A DNA stretch of 54,433 bases from Neophaeotheca triangularis (lineage: Eukaryota): the NCBI GenBank assembly GCA_054600435.1, contig BAAIJX010000090.1:1-54433 (forward strand), in the 5' to 3' direction. Under the pieces are notes generated by a model. It saw only the letters and a program-made list of their open reading frames with translations. It had not been told where the DNA came from and did not search any database. A program made the position numbers and the translations under genes. This document shows, piece after piece, positions 10,758 to 21,957 of this stretch; positions within the stretch are counted from its first letter, which is position 1, and every line of letters begins with the position of its first letter.

Positions 10758-13700
10758 ATGCGGTCAATAACAGGCCTCTTCGCCTTACTCTCGCTCCTTC
10801 CCCTCTCCTCCTTCGCCAACCCCAAGACCGGCGCATACTACACAACCAACTCCGACCTCCTCGGCCAAGACCCTTTCTCCCTCTACGAGAAACGCCCAGA
10901 AGACTGCCCGCCCTGCTTCAACTGCAACCTCGACGACTTCCAATGTCTTCAATACGCCAACTGTACCGTCAGCAACGGCAAATGCGCCTGTCCTCCAGGC
11001 TATGGCGGCGACGATTGTAGCCAACCTCTCTGCGGCAGCCTCGCAGATGGCAAAGACAGACCGGTACGGAAAGGAAAGACTTGTGATTGCAAGGATGGAT
11101 GGGAAGGCATCAACTGCAACGTCTGCGCTACCAATGAAGCTTGCCAAGCCATGATGCCTGACGGCGACGATAGGACGGCGGATGGCGCCGTCTGTTTCCG
11201 CGAGGGTCTGGTAGTCAAGGAGAACTTCCAAATGTGCGACATCACAAACCGCAAGATTCTGGACCAGCTCAAGGAGAAGAAGCCACAGGCGACGTTCTCC
11301 TGTAATGCCGAGAGAGAGACCTGTAATTTTCAGTTCTGGGTTGATCAAAAGGAGAGCTTTTATTGCGCCTTGGACACATGTAGTTGGGATGGAAAGACGA
11401 CGGCGACGTTGAACAAGACGAATTACAGGTGTGAGAATATAAAGTGCTCGTGTATCCCGGGACGCATGCTGTGTGGTGAGGAAGGGAGTATTGATATTGG
11501 AGACTTTCTGGACGAGGAGATCAAAGGCCCAGCGAGCTTCTCCTCGGTCAAGACTGTGGGCGGATCACCGTTTGATGGGAGCAAGTTCTCCGAGCCGGCC
11601 ATGAACGGCTTGATCTCGAGTGTTTTCGGCGATGAAACTATCACTTTAAACTGTCATTCTGGAGAGTGTCTTTACAAGACTGAAGTGCCTGGCTACGAGC
11701 GTCCCGTGAAGAAGATCAATACGCCACTCATCGCAGGCGTTATTGCGGGATGTGCACTCTTTGTGCTGGCCGTCATCTTGCTCGTCTTCTTCCTTTCCCG
11801 ACGAAGCACTTCTAAGCATGGCCCGATTTACTTGGGTGACGATGAGGAAGAAGAGAACGCGAGATTGCTAGCGGATCACAAGCCCGCCGCGCTCTACTTT
11901 GACAACGTCAGCTACAACCTCAAAGGCAAGCAGATTCTGTCCGGTGTCACCGGGTCAGTGCACCCTGGTGAACTTCTGGCTATCATGGGTGCCTCGGGAG
12001 CAGGCAAAACAACTTTCCTGGACTTGCTAGCGCGCAAGAACAAGCGAGGCATTGTTAGCGGTAACTTTTGGTTGAACGGCGAGCGTGTAGCTGACGACCA
12101 GTTTCGGAGCGTGATTGGATTCGTGGACCAGGAAGATACTATGCTGCCTACACTGACCGTTCACGAAGTTATTCTGGACTCTGCGATGCTGAGATTACCA
12201 AAGGAGATGAGCAAAGCTGCGAAAGAGCAAAAGGCTGAGGACGTCGAAAGGCAACTTGGTATCTTTCACATCCGACACCAAGTCATTGGCTCTGAAGAGG
12301 GTAACGGAAGAGGCATCTCTGGTGGCGAGAAGCGGAGAGTAGGCATTGCTTGCGAGCTTGTCACCAGCCCCAGCATCCTCTTCCTGGACGAGCCGACGAG
12401 TGGCCTGGACGCTTTCAATGCTTTCAATGTGGTTGAGTGTCTGGTCACTCTGGTCAAGAGCTACAACCGCACTGTTGTCTTCACTATCCATCAACCGCGC
12501 TCGAACATTGTAGCGCTCTTCGACCAGCTCATTCTTTTAGCCCAAGGTCGAACAGTCTACTCTGGTCCGTTTGAAAGATGTCAAAGCTACTTTGACAGTA
12601 TTGGCTATACATGTCCTCCAGGCTTCAACATTGCAGACTATCTCGTCGACTTGACTATGCACGCAAGCACTCCACGAACACCTATCGACGAGAATGATTC
12701 AATGTTCAGGCAGGAGCAAGAAGGCGGGACCACCAGAGCCAGCTCCGCAATGGCCGTCAAGAGCATACCCAGCATCAGCAACGTCAGTATGGAAGGCTCG
12801 CTGGGATCTAACAGCCAGCGACCGAGTTACAAGCGAAAGACTAGCATACGACAACAGCAAGAACGCCAGCTCTTCACCCGCAAAGACACACGTGATGCCA
12901 AAGACGCCGCGTCAGCTACACCGGTTAGCACCCGCAGCGACGGTGACAGTCTTATAGAGGGCGAAGAGAATCGACAGCAATGGGTAAAGCTTTCGAGACA
13001 ACACGGCCAACCTCCTCCGCCAGTCAATGAAGATCCTCACAACCTCCCACCCGCGGCGCCCGGCGCCACAGGCACCAGCCTGGACGGCATCGTTTCCTCA
13101 TTCATCTCTTCGGAAGTCTTCGAAACTCTTAAAGACGACATCCAACAAGCGGTCCGCTCTGCAGAAACGGCCAATGGTCATCCAAACGGCGCACCCAACG
13201 GCACCATCACCGGCAAAGTCCGCGGCTACCGCAAACCACGCCTACCGACTCAATTCCTCATCCTCTCCCGTCGCACATGGCGCAACCTCTACCGCAACCC
13301 GCAACTGATGCTAACACACTACGCCATCGCCATCCTCCTTGCGGTCTTCATAGGCTTCCTCTACTACGGCCTTACCGATGATCTGGGAGGCTTCCAAAAC
13401 CGTCTGGGCTTCTTCTTCTTCATGCTCGCCCTCTTCGGCTTCAGCACCCTCACCTCCCTCACAGTCTTTGCCCCCGAACGCCTCCTCTACGTTCGTGAAA
13501 GAGCAAAAGGCTACTACTCCCCGCTAGCCTACTACCTTAGCAAAGTAGTCTTCGACATCGTGCCCCTGCGTCTCCTGCCGCCAATCATCATGGGCTGCAT
13601 CGTCTACCCCATGACAGGTCTACTCCCGGCTTGGCCCGAATTCCTCAAATTTATGCTCTTCCTCGTCCTCTTCAACTTCGCCGCCGCCATGATCTGCCTC

Positions 13701-14136
13701 TTCATCGGCATCTGCGTCAAGAATGAGGGAGTCGCCAATCTTCTAGGCGTGCTCTTCATGCTCTTCAGCCTACTCTTCGGCGGTTTTCTGCTCAATCACG
13801 AGACCATTCCCAAACCGCTGCTGTGGCTGCAAACCGTAAGCCTCCAACCCAATCCCTTTCCCGAAGGAAAAGTCTACCATCTCACTAACACGCTTCCAGC
13901 TCTCCATCTTCCACTACGGTTTCGAAGGCCTCATCGTCAACGAGGTTCGCTACCTCTCCCTCGTCGACCACAAATACGGGCTCGACATTGAAGTCCCCGG
14001 TTCGGCGATCTTGTCGACTTTCGGTTTCGACGTGCTGGCGCTTTGGCGTGATGCGTTGGGTTTGGGCGTCATTTGTGGTGTCTTTTTGCTAGCTGGGTAT
14101 TTGGCCATGCAGTTTTTGTTGGTCGAGAGGCGGTGA
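10758..14136 (+). CDS. ADP1: ABCG half-transporter with N-terminal Cys-rich EGF-like luminal domain; intron 13836-13899
   Basis: Signal peptide, CPPCFNC and EGF-like Cys repeats, TM helix, Walker [10 protein letters not shown], signature [21 protein letters not shown]-terminal TMD ending VERR*. Confidence 0.95.
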
Positions 14137-14439
14137 TTGTGGTGGATCGACCGTTGAGTGGGGAGGGTGTAAATAGAGGGTGGTTTGCGGAGTGGGCTTG
14201 TTGATAAGGGTTTTGCTTAAAGTACCTAGGTATGGACGGGTGTAGGAGGTTGAGTAGATTGGTTTTACTTGCTAGATGTTGAGAGCTTACTGCTTGGGTC
14301 TACCTAACCCTCGAATGCTGAGTTCAGGTCGATGTCTACCGACTGTGCGGTATACTTTCGGCCACTCTACCTCGCGCTTAGACCCAACATTGTTCCGTTT
14401 CGTGATAGTCTCCAAGTAATCAAACCGTGTCTTGTATTA

Positions 14440-15030
14440 CTCGATTAAGTCGACGCGATTAGAAGTAGCTAAATGGATGCAGGAGTCTCGAGACTCGAAT
14501 CGACCTAGCAGTCCTAGTAACACTCACAAAGAACTGCAATCGGGATGCTATGTTTACTTTACTCTCCTGGGCACGAAAAGCGCTACTAGAGTAGGTCGAG
14601 TCCACTAGGATGAAGTTGACTCGACGAGGGTAAAGTCGGTTTGATAGGGCACAAGTCGACTCGAGAGTCGACAACGCCTAGGTCGAGTTAACGAGGGCGG
14701 AGTCGACTCGACTCGGGCAAAGCTACTCGATATTGTAGAGTCCGTTCGACCAAATCGAGCCAATTCAGAAGGGGGAGGTTCGCTCGACCCCAGTCGGGGG
14801 ATTAGCTCGACCATTTCAAAGTAGTCGGCTCGACTGGAAAAGGGGGTCGACCTAACTCGGTGAGACAGACTCCTCTCGCTGGAATGGACTCCATTAGGCG
14901 AATTAAGGCTACTCGGATGATGCTAACCTTTACCTGGGTTTCGACCGTAGCTAAAGCAGTCGGCTTGGTGAACCACAATCGATTCCAGCTGAGGGAGTTG
15001 ACTCAACACCGGAGAGCAGACTCGAGTGAA
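14440..15030. repeat. Degenerate TCGA/GTCGAC-rich non-coding tract
   Basis: About 20 TCGA tetramers by manual count in ~590 bp, e.g. agtcgactcgagagtcgac and agtcgactcgactcgg. Confidence 0.55.
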
Positions 15031-15566
15031 CGACGTCGTATTGTGCTTAATTTGTGAGGTCTGGCTGGCGATAGAACGCTGTATTCTGTGATCGCTGGGT
15101 GTGTATGTTGCAGTCCTTGCCATGTCTCCAAAAACGAGAAGTGCTGCTCTCATGCCTCGATAATGTCACAGCCCGTGTCGATACTCCTTCGACAATTTCG
15201 TGCAGTGTATCCCTCAAACAATCCACCCTGCTCTGCCTGCAGCTCGACCTCCGAAAGTGATATCGTCTTAGCAGGTAGTGATGTTCAGACATCAAGTTGA
15301 TTGGCGATGTTTGGTGGTCAGGGGGTGAGGGTGAGTGTTTGGTTTCTGTCGCCAAGCATTCCGGACCTCACGTCATCCATTCAGAACCCATATTAGACCT
15401 CGTCCGTCACCAAGCCCGCGGCGCCCGACTACAAAGAGAAAACTAACTTTGGGGCTTCGAGGCTAAGAACTAGAATCACGGCGTCGCCGGCCCTGATCAT
15501 GCTGCGTCTTCACGCTCGCTCTCTTTTCCTCCAAGAAGCTATTTTCTTACGTCGACTCCGGCCACC

Positions 15567-17348
15567 ATGATACCTTTGCGCCGACCTGTAATCCTCGCCG
15601 CAAGTATCATATGCCTTTTCCTACTGTATACCGCCTGGCAAGGGCCTCGACCCGTGACTTCACAACCAATCTACCGCTCTACTCGTAAACTTCCCGACGG
15701 CGCCTTCGACTGGTCGACCCTGCCACAACACTACCCCGTCTGGTCTTATGCCCGGCTTCCAACCCCTTCAGCTCTCCAGGGACTCCCACGCGTGCAGCAT
15801 GCTTTCGAACTGGAAACCGATGAAGCACGCCTCATCCGCCAGGACCGCCAACTCCTGGTCAGGGAAACCATGTCTCGCTGCTGGCAAGCGTATCGGTCTC
15901 GTGCCTGGTTGGCGGACGAACTGACTCCCATTTCCGGCGGTAAACGAACCACTTTCGGCGGCTGGGCAGCTACGCTTGTCGACTCCCTCGACACGCTATG
16001 GATCACGGGTCTTGAGAATGAGTTTTGGGAGGCTGCTAATGCGACGCTGGAGATTGATTTCTCGACAACGTCAATGGAGACTATCAACGTTTTTGAAACT
16101 GTGATTCGCTACCTTGGCGGTTTTCTGGCGGCTTTCGATTTAAGTGGTGATGTTAGGTTGCTGGACAAAGGCTTGGAATTGGCTGAAATGGTATATCATG
16201 CTTTTGATACGCCGAATCGTTTGCCCATTACGAGGTGGAAGATTCAAGAGGCTAAGCAGGGTAAACGACAGGAGGCGGCCCCGAACGTGCTCAGTGCGGA
16301 GATCGGGTCGCTGGAGTTGGAGCTCACGAGGTTAACGCAGATTACTGGGGATCCGAGGTGGTATGATGCGGGTAAGAGAACTATGGATGTTTTTAAGAAG
16401 CAACAAGGTAGTTCCCGGATCGCTGGAATGTGGCCGCTAGCAGTGAATGCGAAGAGAGCAGACTTTGCCACAGGTACCGTCTTTACCCTAGGCGCTATGG
16501 CAGACTCCCTTTACGAATACTTGCCAAAAATGGATGCTCTCCTCGGCGGAAGCAGCATGTACAAACAGATGTACAGTAGAGCCATGGACGCAGCTATTAA
16601 CTACAGTCTCTTTCGTCCTATGCTCCCGGACAACGCCGATATTCTTCTAGCTGGCCAAGTAAACGTCGTTTCACCTTTTCTCCAACCTCGCTTGAGGCCA
16701 GACGGCCAACATCTCTCCTGTTTCGCGGGTGCCATGTTTGCACTCGGTGGCCGTCTACTTCAACGGCCCAACGACCTCATCATCGCTCGCAAGCTGACCG
16801 ACGGCTGTATTTGGGCTTACGAACACACTCCTCTTGGCATAATGCCCGAGTCTTTCACCATGGCGCCCTGCATCGATGTCTCGAACTGCGTCTGGAACGA
16901 AACAGAATGGAAAGCCCAAGTCCTCATCCAATCTGGAAACTACGCGACAAACCCCGATCCCAACCACGCCGAAACCTACGCCCGCGACCATCGCATCCCA
17001 AAAGGCTTCACCTCCATCACGGACCGCCGATACCTGCTCCGCCCCGAAGCCATTGAAAGCGTTTTCTACCTGTACCGCATAACCGGCGACCCTGCACTTG
17101 TGGAGACAGCTTGGCGCATGTTTGAGTCGATCCGCAAACACACCCTTACGGAGTTTGCCAACGCGGCACTTGCGGATGTGACAGATGAGAGCGCGCCGAA
17201 AGTCGATAGTATGGAGAGCTTTTGGCCGGCGGAGACGTTGAAGTATTTTTACCTGATCTTTTCTGAGCCTGAGTGGGTTAATCTGGATGACTGGGTGTTG
17301 AGTACTGAGGCGCATCCGTTCCGGCGACCTCACAATACGGCGAGCTGA
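15567..17348 (+). CDS. Glycoside hydrolase family 47 alpha-1,2-mannosidase (type II membrane anchor), intronless
   Basis: ATLVDSLDTLWI, FETVIRYLGG, ADSLYEY, HLSCFAG, LRPEAIES, ETLKYFYL, STEAHP. Confidence 0.95.
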   Translation: MIPLRRPVILAASIICLFLLYTAWQGPRPVTSQPIYRSTRKLPDGAFDWSTLPQHYPVWSYARLPTPSALQGLPRVQHAFELETDEARLIRQDRQLLVRETMSRCWQAYRSRAWLADELTPISGGKRTTFGGWAATLVDSLDTLWITGLENEFWEAANATLEIDFSTTSMETINVFETVIRYLGGFLAAFDLSGDVRLLDKGLELAEMVYHAFDTPNRLPITRWKIQEAKQGKRQEAAPNVLSAEIGSLELELTRLTQITGDPRWYDAGKRTMDVFKKQQGSSRIAGMWPLAVNAKRADFATGTVFTLGAMADSLYEYLPKMDALLGGSSMYKQMYSRAMDAAINYSLFRPMLPDNADILLAGQVNVVSPFLQPRLRPDGQHLSCFAGAMFALGGRLLQRPNDLIIARKLTDGCIWAYEHTPLGIMPESFTMAPCIDVSNCVWNETEWKAQVLIQSGNYATNPDPNHAETYARDHRIPKGFTSITDRRYLLRPEAIESVFYLYRITGDPALVETAWRMFESIRKHTLTEFANAALADVTDESAPKVDSMESFWPAETLKYFYLIFSEPEWVNLDDWVLSTEAHPFRRPHNTAS

Positions 17349-18163
17349 GGGGTAGAGACGACTTTGGCGGTAATCTGGTCGGAAGTGCTCGTCGTGGGGT
17401 CCCGGCTTAGGAGCGGCAGCCTTTTGCTACTCGTCGGACTGGAGTTAATGCTCCAAAGCGGGCTGGATATACTCGCCTGACAAGTGTGATGCTGCTACTT
17501 TCTGCGGATCTTGAGCTAGTTGAAAACGCCGCTGATTTGGGAAGAGTTCTCGACCAGGTGGCTATGGCGTGCCAGTAGGTGGATGTCGGGGGCTAGTTGC
17601 TCAGGGGCAATTGGAATGCTTGAGATAAGAGGTTTTGTGGTAGGTATGGTGACTCTAGAAATTCCCGTTCTCGGGGAGCGAGAACATGCAGCCATTGTTG
17701 CTTCGCCAGACTCGTCGAGCCATGAGGCAACTTGAACGCAGCAGGTGACATCAACGGGCACGAATAATGATACGGCAATGAGACTGAGTGAAAAGCGACG
17801 GATTTGTAGTGGGTTGCAACCAGCAAAACTTACACCGAGTTGGACCAACTTTGTGGCGACCTTATGGAGCTTACCTGGCTCCATTGAGAATACCTACATT
17901 TGTGAAACGGCGAAATTCTGTTGCCTGAGGAGCTACACAGTTAATACTTTAATCACACCTCTCGTCCAATCATCAGTGCAGCGCAACTTTGGGTACCAGC
18001 CGAAAAGCTTGTTATTGCGTAGAGGTGGTAGAGCTACAGACAGCTGAGCCAGGCAGCAACTTGCAGCGATGCACGTTATCTACTACTCCTGTCGTCTTCG
18101 AGGTGTTTTGCTCTGTACTCCTCTCGCATTAAGCAGTCACTCAACATACTGCCTCGCCCAAAC

Positions 18164-18715
18164 ATGACCACGGAACGAATTTTTGAGCACCCGGACACTC
18201 TGCGCCAATTCATCTCAAACTCGGGTGCGGAAACCCCTCAAGGGACGACAACTACGATTCGCCTGCGACTTCTCCACGCCCTCGAAGACCGAGACCTTCT
18301 GACTGACTGCCGCAATGCCGGCCACACTCCTCAGTATGAACACTCCAGCATCGAATACCTCAAGTTCTCACCAGCAGCAAAGCTCTGGCGCGAAGCCCTC
18401 GTTGCCGTACTCCCCGAACTGGCCCAACACGTTCAAAACGTCATCTTCGACCTCCATCTACCAGCTGTCCAACCCGGCGGCGTATCGCCGCCGCTGAGCT
18501 TGGAGCACCGTGAACATAGCTTGTGGATCCAGCATCATGAGGTGTTCAGCCTGGTGAAGACCTTGGCGACGAGTCTGCGGATGCGTTGTCAAGGCCCTGT
18601 GCGTTTTGGTTTGGCTTTCGACCGGGTTGCGCCCCGTGAAAGGGAATTCGTCAAGTTCGTCGGCCAGCTGCAGGCTTTGGCGCGGTATGATCCTGGTCGG
18701 GAACTCGGAGCTTGA
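18164..18715 (+). CDS. Hypothetical protein (183 aa)
   Basis: ATG in good context (caaacATG), globular-looking composition and the C-rich-to-G-rich trend seen in real genes here; no family recognised. Confidence 0.5.
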   Translation: MTTERIFEHPDTLRQFISNSGAETPQGTTTTIRLRLLHALEDRDLLTDCRNAGHTPQYEHSSIEYLKFSPAAKLWREALVAVLPELAQHVQNVIFDLHLPAVQPGGVSPPLSLEHREHSLWIQHHEVFSLVKTLATSLRMRCQGPVRFGLAFDRVAPREREFVKFVGQLQALARYDPGRELGA

Positions 18716-18998
18716 GGCGGACGGCGGGGGCTTCTTACATCCGCCCCCTCTGGATCCGTTGCATCGCTTTCCGGGTAAGAGGGACCCTAGACTCCTCGCC
18801 TAGCCCTCGAGACCCGAACACCAGCCAATTCCCATCCACCTCCTCGCCGCTAGCAATACTCTCGCCACCCTGAAGGCTGTAACTGGCGAATCGACCTCAA
18901 ATAAAATGCCCCGTATAGCTCCTCTCTCCTATTAACTAAAACCCTCCTACCGCAGCAGCCGCTTCACCCTTTACCCCGCCAGCCGTCGCCATATATAG

Positions 18999-19051
18999 CA
19001 GTAGTAGTAGTAGTAATCATGAGCAACTGCTTCGGCACACACACACACACA
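18999..19051. repeat. (AGT)n and (CA)n microsatellites
   Basis: agtagtagtagtagta followed by cacacacacacacaca. Confidence 0.7.
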
Positions 19052-20017
19052 AACACCCAGACTTGATCCCCAGAACCGCAGAATTCTCGATGCTTCACCC
19101 TCCGCTAACTACAAGAACCCGTCGGTAGATCGACGTTGAAGATTGCGTGCTGGAAATCGCTCTGAGGGACGGGTGAGAGGGTTTCGCGCCGCTGTTTGCA
19201 TACGGGAGTCGGGTGAGAAGGTGGGGTCTTCGTGCTCGTGGTAGCTGGGGGTTTCGGGATTGTTGGTTCGGGTTTTGGGGTACGGGTTTGCGGGCTAGTA
19301 GGCGTGGAGGAGGTTTGAGGAGGATGGGGGTTATGGACCAGGGTCTGGTGGTTTGTTAGGGATGTCAGTGGCGGAGTGCTGGAATCTGGTTGGTTGGGAG
19401 GCGACTTTTTTAAGACGAGGTGGTGAGCGTTGGGAGGTTTTGGTTTGGTCACGGGTTTTGGCAGCTTGCGGTGATGCCGTGAGGGCTGCCAAGCCAAGCT
19501 TGGGGATGTGTAAGTTCTTCCAAGAAGGCGGTATGATTCTGCGAGACTTATAGAGGGGAATGGGATGAGTCTGGTAGAGTCGCTGCTGCAGCTCGCCGGT
19601 GATCTTCGAGAGATGTATCCAGTGACGGGATAGCGAGGTCTTGGGGCTAGGAAGAGATATTTATCCCTTGTCGGCGATGATTGGATTGATGGGGTGTAAG
19701 GATTCGAAAGGCTTGACAGGCTCGATGGCTCCTCGAAAGTCAAAACGGTCGGGCTGGAGATCTTTTACTGCTGCTTACTAGAGCTGCACACGAAACGGCG
19801 ACTTCCGACAAGAGATGCATTGCTCGAATTGTCAGATTGTTTGAAGGCGATGAGGAAGGATGGCGTTACGGAGGCGTTCCATACCCTGCCGACGGACTTA
19901 GACGGCCACAGGTGGAAGTGAGCCCTATACCAGGAAAACGCAAAACATTCGCAGAAGCCGAACAGATTGATCTTTCATTAAAACGTCTCAAGATGTTACA
20001 TACAGCAAGCGCCTTGT

Positions 20018-20941
20018 CTACCTCGGCGGGGGATTCTGGCCCAGTTGGTCAGCCTTGACATGCTCAATGGCATCCCTATACCCAGCCTCGTAAGCCCCTC
20101 CAAATTTCTTCGCAGGGTTTCCCGGATCGCCGCCATTACCGCTCATGGGCTGTCCAGCCATTCCCTGCTGAGGCATTCCCTGTTGCGGCATTCCTTGCTG
20201 AGGCATCCCCTGCTGTTGTGGCATCCCTTGCTGGGGCATTCCCTGTTGGGGCATACCCTGTTGAGGCATTCCCTGCTGTTGCGGCATTCCCTGCTGTGGC
20301 ATTCCTTGCTGAGGCATGGTCTGACCCATTGGCATACCGCCAGCCTGCTGCTGCTGCTGCTGCGGGTATCCACCGGGCATAGTACCAGAGGCGGAGCCAC
20401 GAGGGTCGGCGTAACCTGGTTGTCCACCCATAGCCCCGGGCTGCGGCTGATCGTAGGCAGAAGACACGCCAGGCGCAGCATGCCTTGCCGCCTCGTAAGT
20501 GCTGCCGCTTGTCGTGGAGGGGTCGCGGTCGGCCCGGGAGTCGTAGCCGGGATGAACGTCGCGGCGGTCTGCGTGGCTGGGAATGTCATTGGTGGGGTCT
20601 TTTGGGTGGTTGGTGATGCCGCCTTGACTGGAGCGGGCGACTCTGGGGTCATCGCCGGCTGCTACGCGCTGTCCTGAGCTGGAGTAGGGGTCGTAGGGCT
20701 GGCGGGCTTCGGTACGGTCGCTGCTGCTACTGTGTGTGGCGTCTGAGGGGCCGTAGCCATCGCGGTTCACGGACGAAGAGCCGTGCGTGGAGTAGTCGGT
20801 TGTGCCGTCCCTGCCATAGCTGGGGTCGCTGGTAGAGCCAGAGTGGGTGTAGTCGCTCGTACCGGTAGCATCAGTCGAGGTCTTCTTGTGTTGATCATCG
20901 TGGTGCTTGTCCTTGTGCTTGATCTTGTCCATGAGACCCAT
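20018..20941 (-). CDS. Hydrophilic low-complexity protein with PQQ(Q)GM repeats; stress-protein/hydrophilin-like
   Basis: 307-aa ORF with caaaATG start, TATA-like element upstream, G/S/D/Q-rich; C-terminal GGAYEAGYRDA. Confidence 0.8.
   Translation of the reverse strand: MGLMDKIKHKDKHHDDQHKKTSTDATGTSDYTHSGSTSDPSYGRDGTTDYSTHGSSSVNRDGYGPSDATHSSSSDRTEARQPYDPYSSSGQRVAAGDDPRVARSSQGGITNHPKDPTNDIPSHADRRDVHPGYDSRADRDPSTTSGSTYEAARHAAPGVSSAYDQPQPGAMGGQPGYADPRGSASGTMPGGYPQQQQQQAGGMPMGQTMPQQGMPQQGMPQQQGMPQQGMPQQGMPQQGMPQQQGMPQQGMPQQGMPQQGMAGQPMSGNGGDPGNPAKKFGGAYEAGYRDAIEHVKADQLGQNPPPR
20160..20318 (-). repeat. Coding minisatellite of 15/18-bp units encoding PQQGM/PQQQGM
   Basis: About 10 units of the ggcattccctgctg type on the + strand. 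Confidence 0.9.
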
Positions 20942-21541
20942 TTTGAATGCTTTGGTGGATTAATTGAGTTTTGTGAGTTGGGAAACGGTTAGGTTGGGGT
21001 TGCTGCGTTAAGTGTAACTGGTAGCAAAGAGATGGTATGACGAAGACTGAAGACAAAGCAGCAGGCGAGCTAGCTCTTTATACCTATGCGAATCCTTTAG
21101 CAGACATGCTACGTCAACAACTCATATGCCAACTTGGCATGTCGATGCGCCCTTGCAAGATGCGCCCGACACATGAGACAAGCATGACATGGTCAGGTTT
21201 GCGGTCGAACGTTCAGACTGGGCTACGGAATGTTGTGCCAAGTTGATTTGGCGAACAGACCTGGACGTGTGTGCTGATCTTCCAAGTAATATGGAATCCA
21301 ATATCCATGGATTATATTGACCGTTGCGTCATACTGCTGTTCGTCAGGGCTGTAGAGTCCAGTCCAGGGATGTAGAGCTTGGCTGACTTGTTGCTTGCTG
21401 ACGCATGAATAGGTAGGTAGGTGGTAGGTACTAAGTCCTGACCTGGTGAGTGCTGAGTAGTAAGAAGAGGTAGAATTCTGAGTATAATCTGCGTAGGTTT
21501 GAATAGTAGTCAATACCTACTGTGCTACCCAAAGTCAATTC

Positions 21542-21924
21542 CAAGGTTCAGGTCCCAGTGCTTTCGGTCTGCTGAATCAGCACACAATTCCGCAGACACG
21601 TGCCGATACCGCTGCCCCGGGCTTATTCCGAATATCCTCGGATGATGAAGATGAGACGGCCGCCATGTTCCATTCTTTCTTCTCACAACGACCACGACAC
21701 GACAATGATATCGGTGGGTAGACAGGCAATTCTAATAGAGGTAGAAGGTACCACCACCACCACCATGTCACACTTGAAAAACGCCATCAAGGTGGTGAGC
21801 TTACAGTAAGAAACCATCGCCGGCACCCTGATAGGTTGCTGCGGGTACTATGCGAGGTAAGGTCAAGTAGGACGGCGACCTCCTCTGAACACTTGAAAAA
21901 TCCTTCAGAGTTATCAAGGTGGTC
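21542..21924 (+). promoter_or_regulatory. Candidate zinc-response (ZafA-type CAAGGT) motifs upstream of the COG0523 gene
   Basis: CAAGGT at 21542, 21788 and 21915; repeated module CACTTGAAAAA...ATCAAGGTGGT at ~21771 and ~21890. Confidence 0.5.
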
Positions 21925-21957
21925 TGCCTCAATTTCTTCACTGCCTTTTCCCTCATC

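Noticed and set aside
13836..13991. ORF-track C-terminus of ADP1 (likewise 50522-50820 for the GH43)
   Set aside because: Read-through into an intron; the spliced versions restore family-typical C-termini
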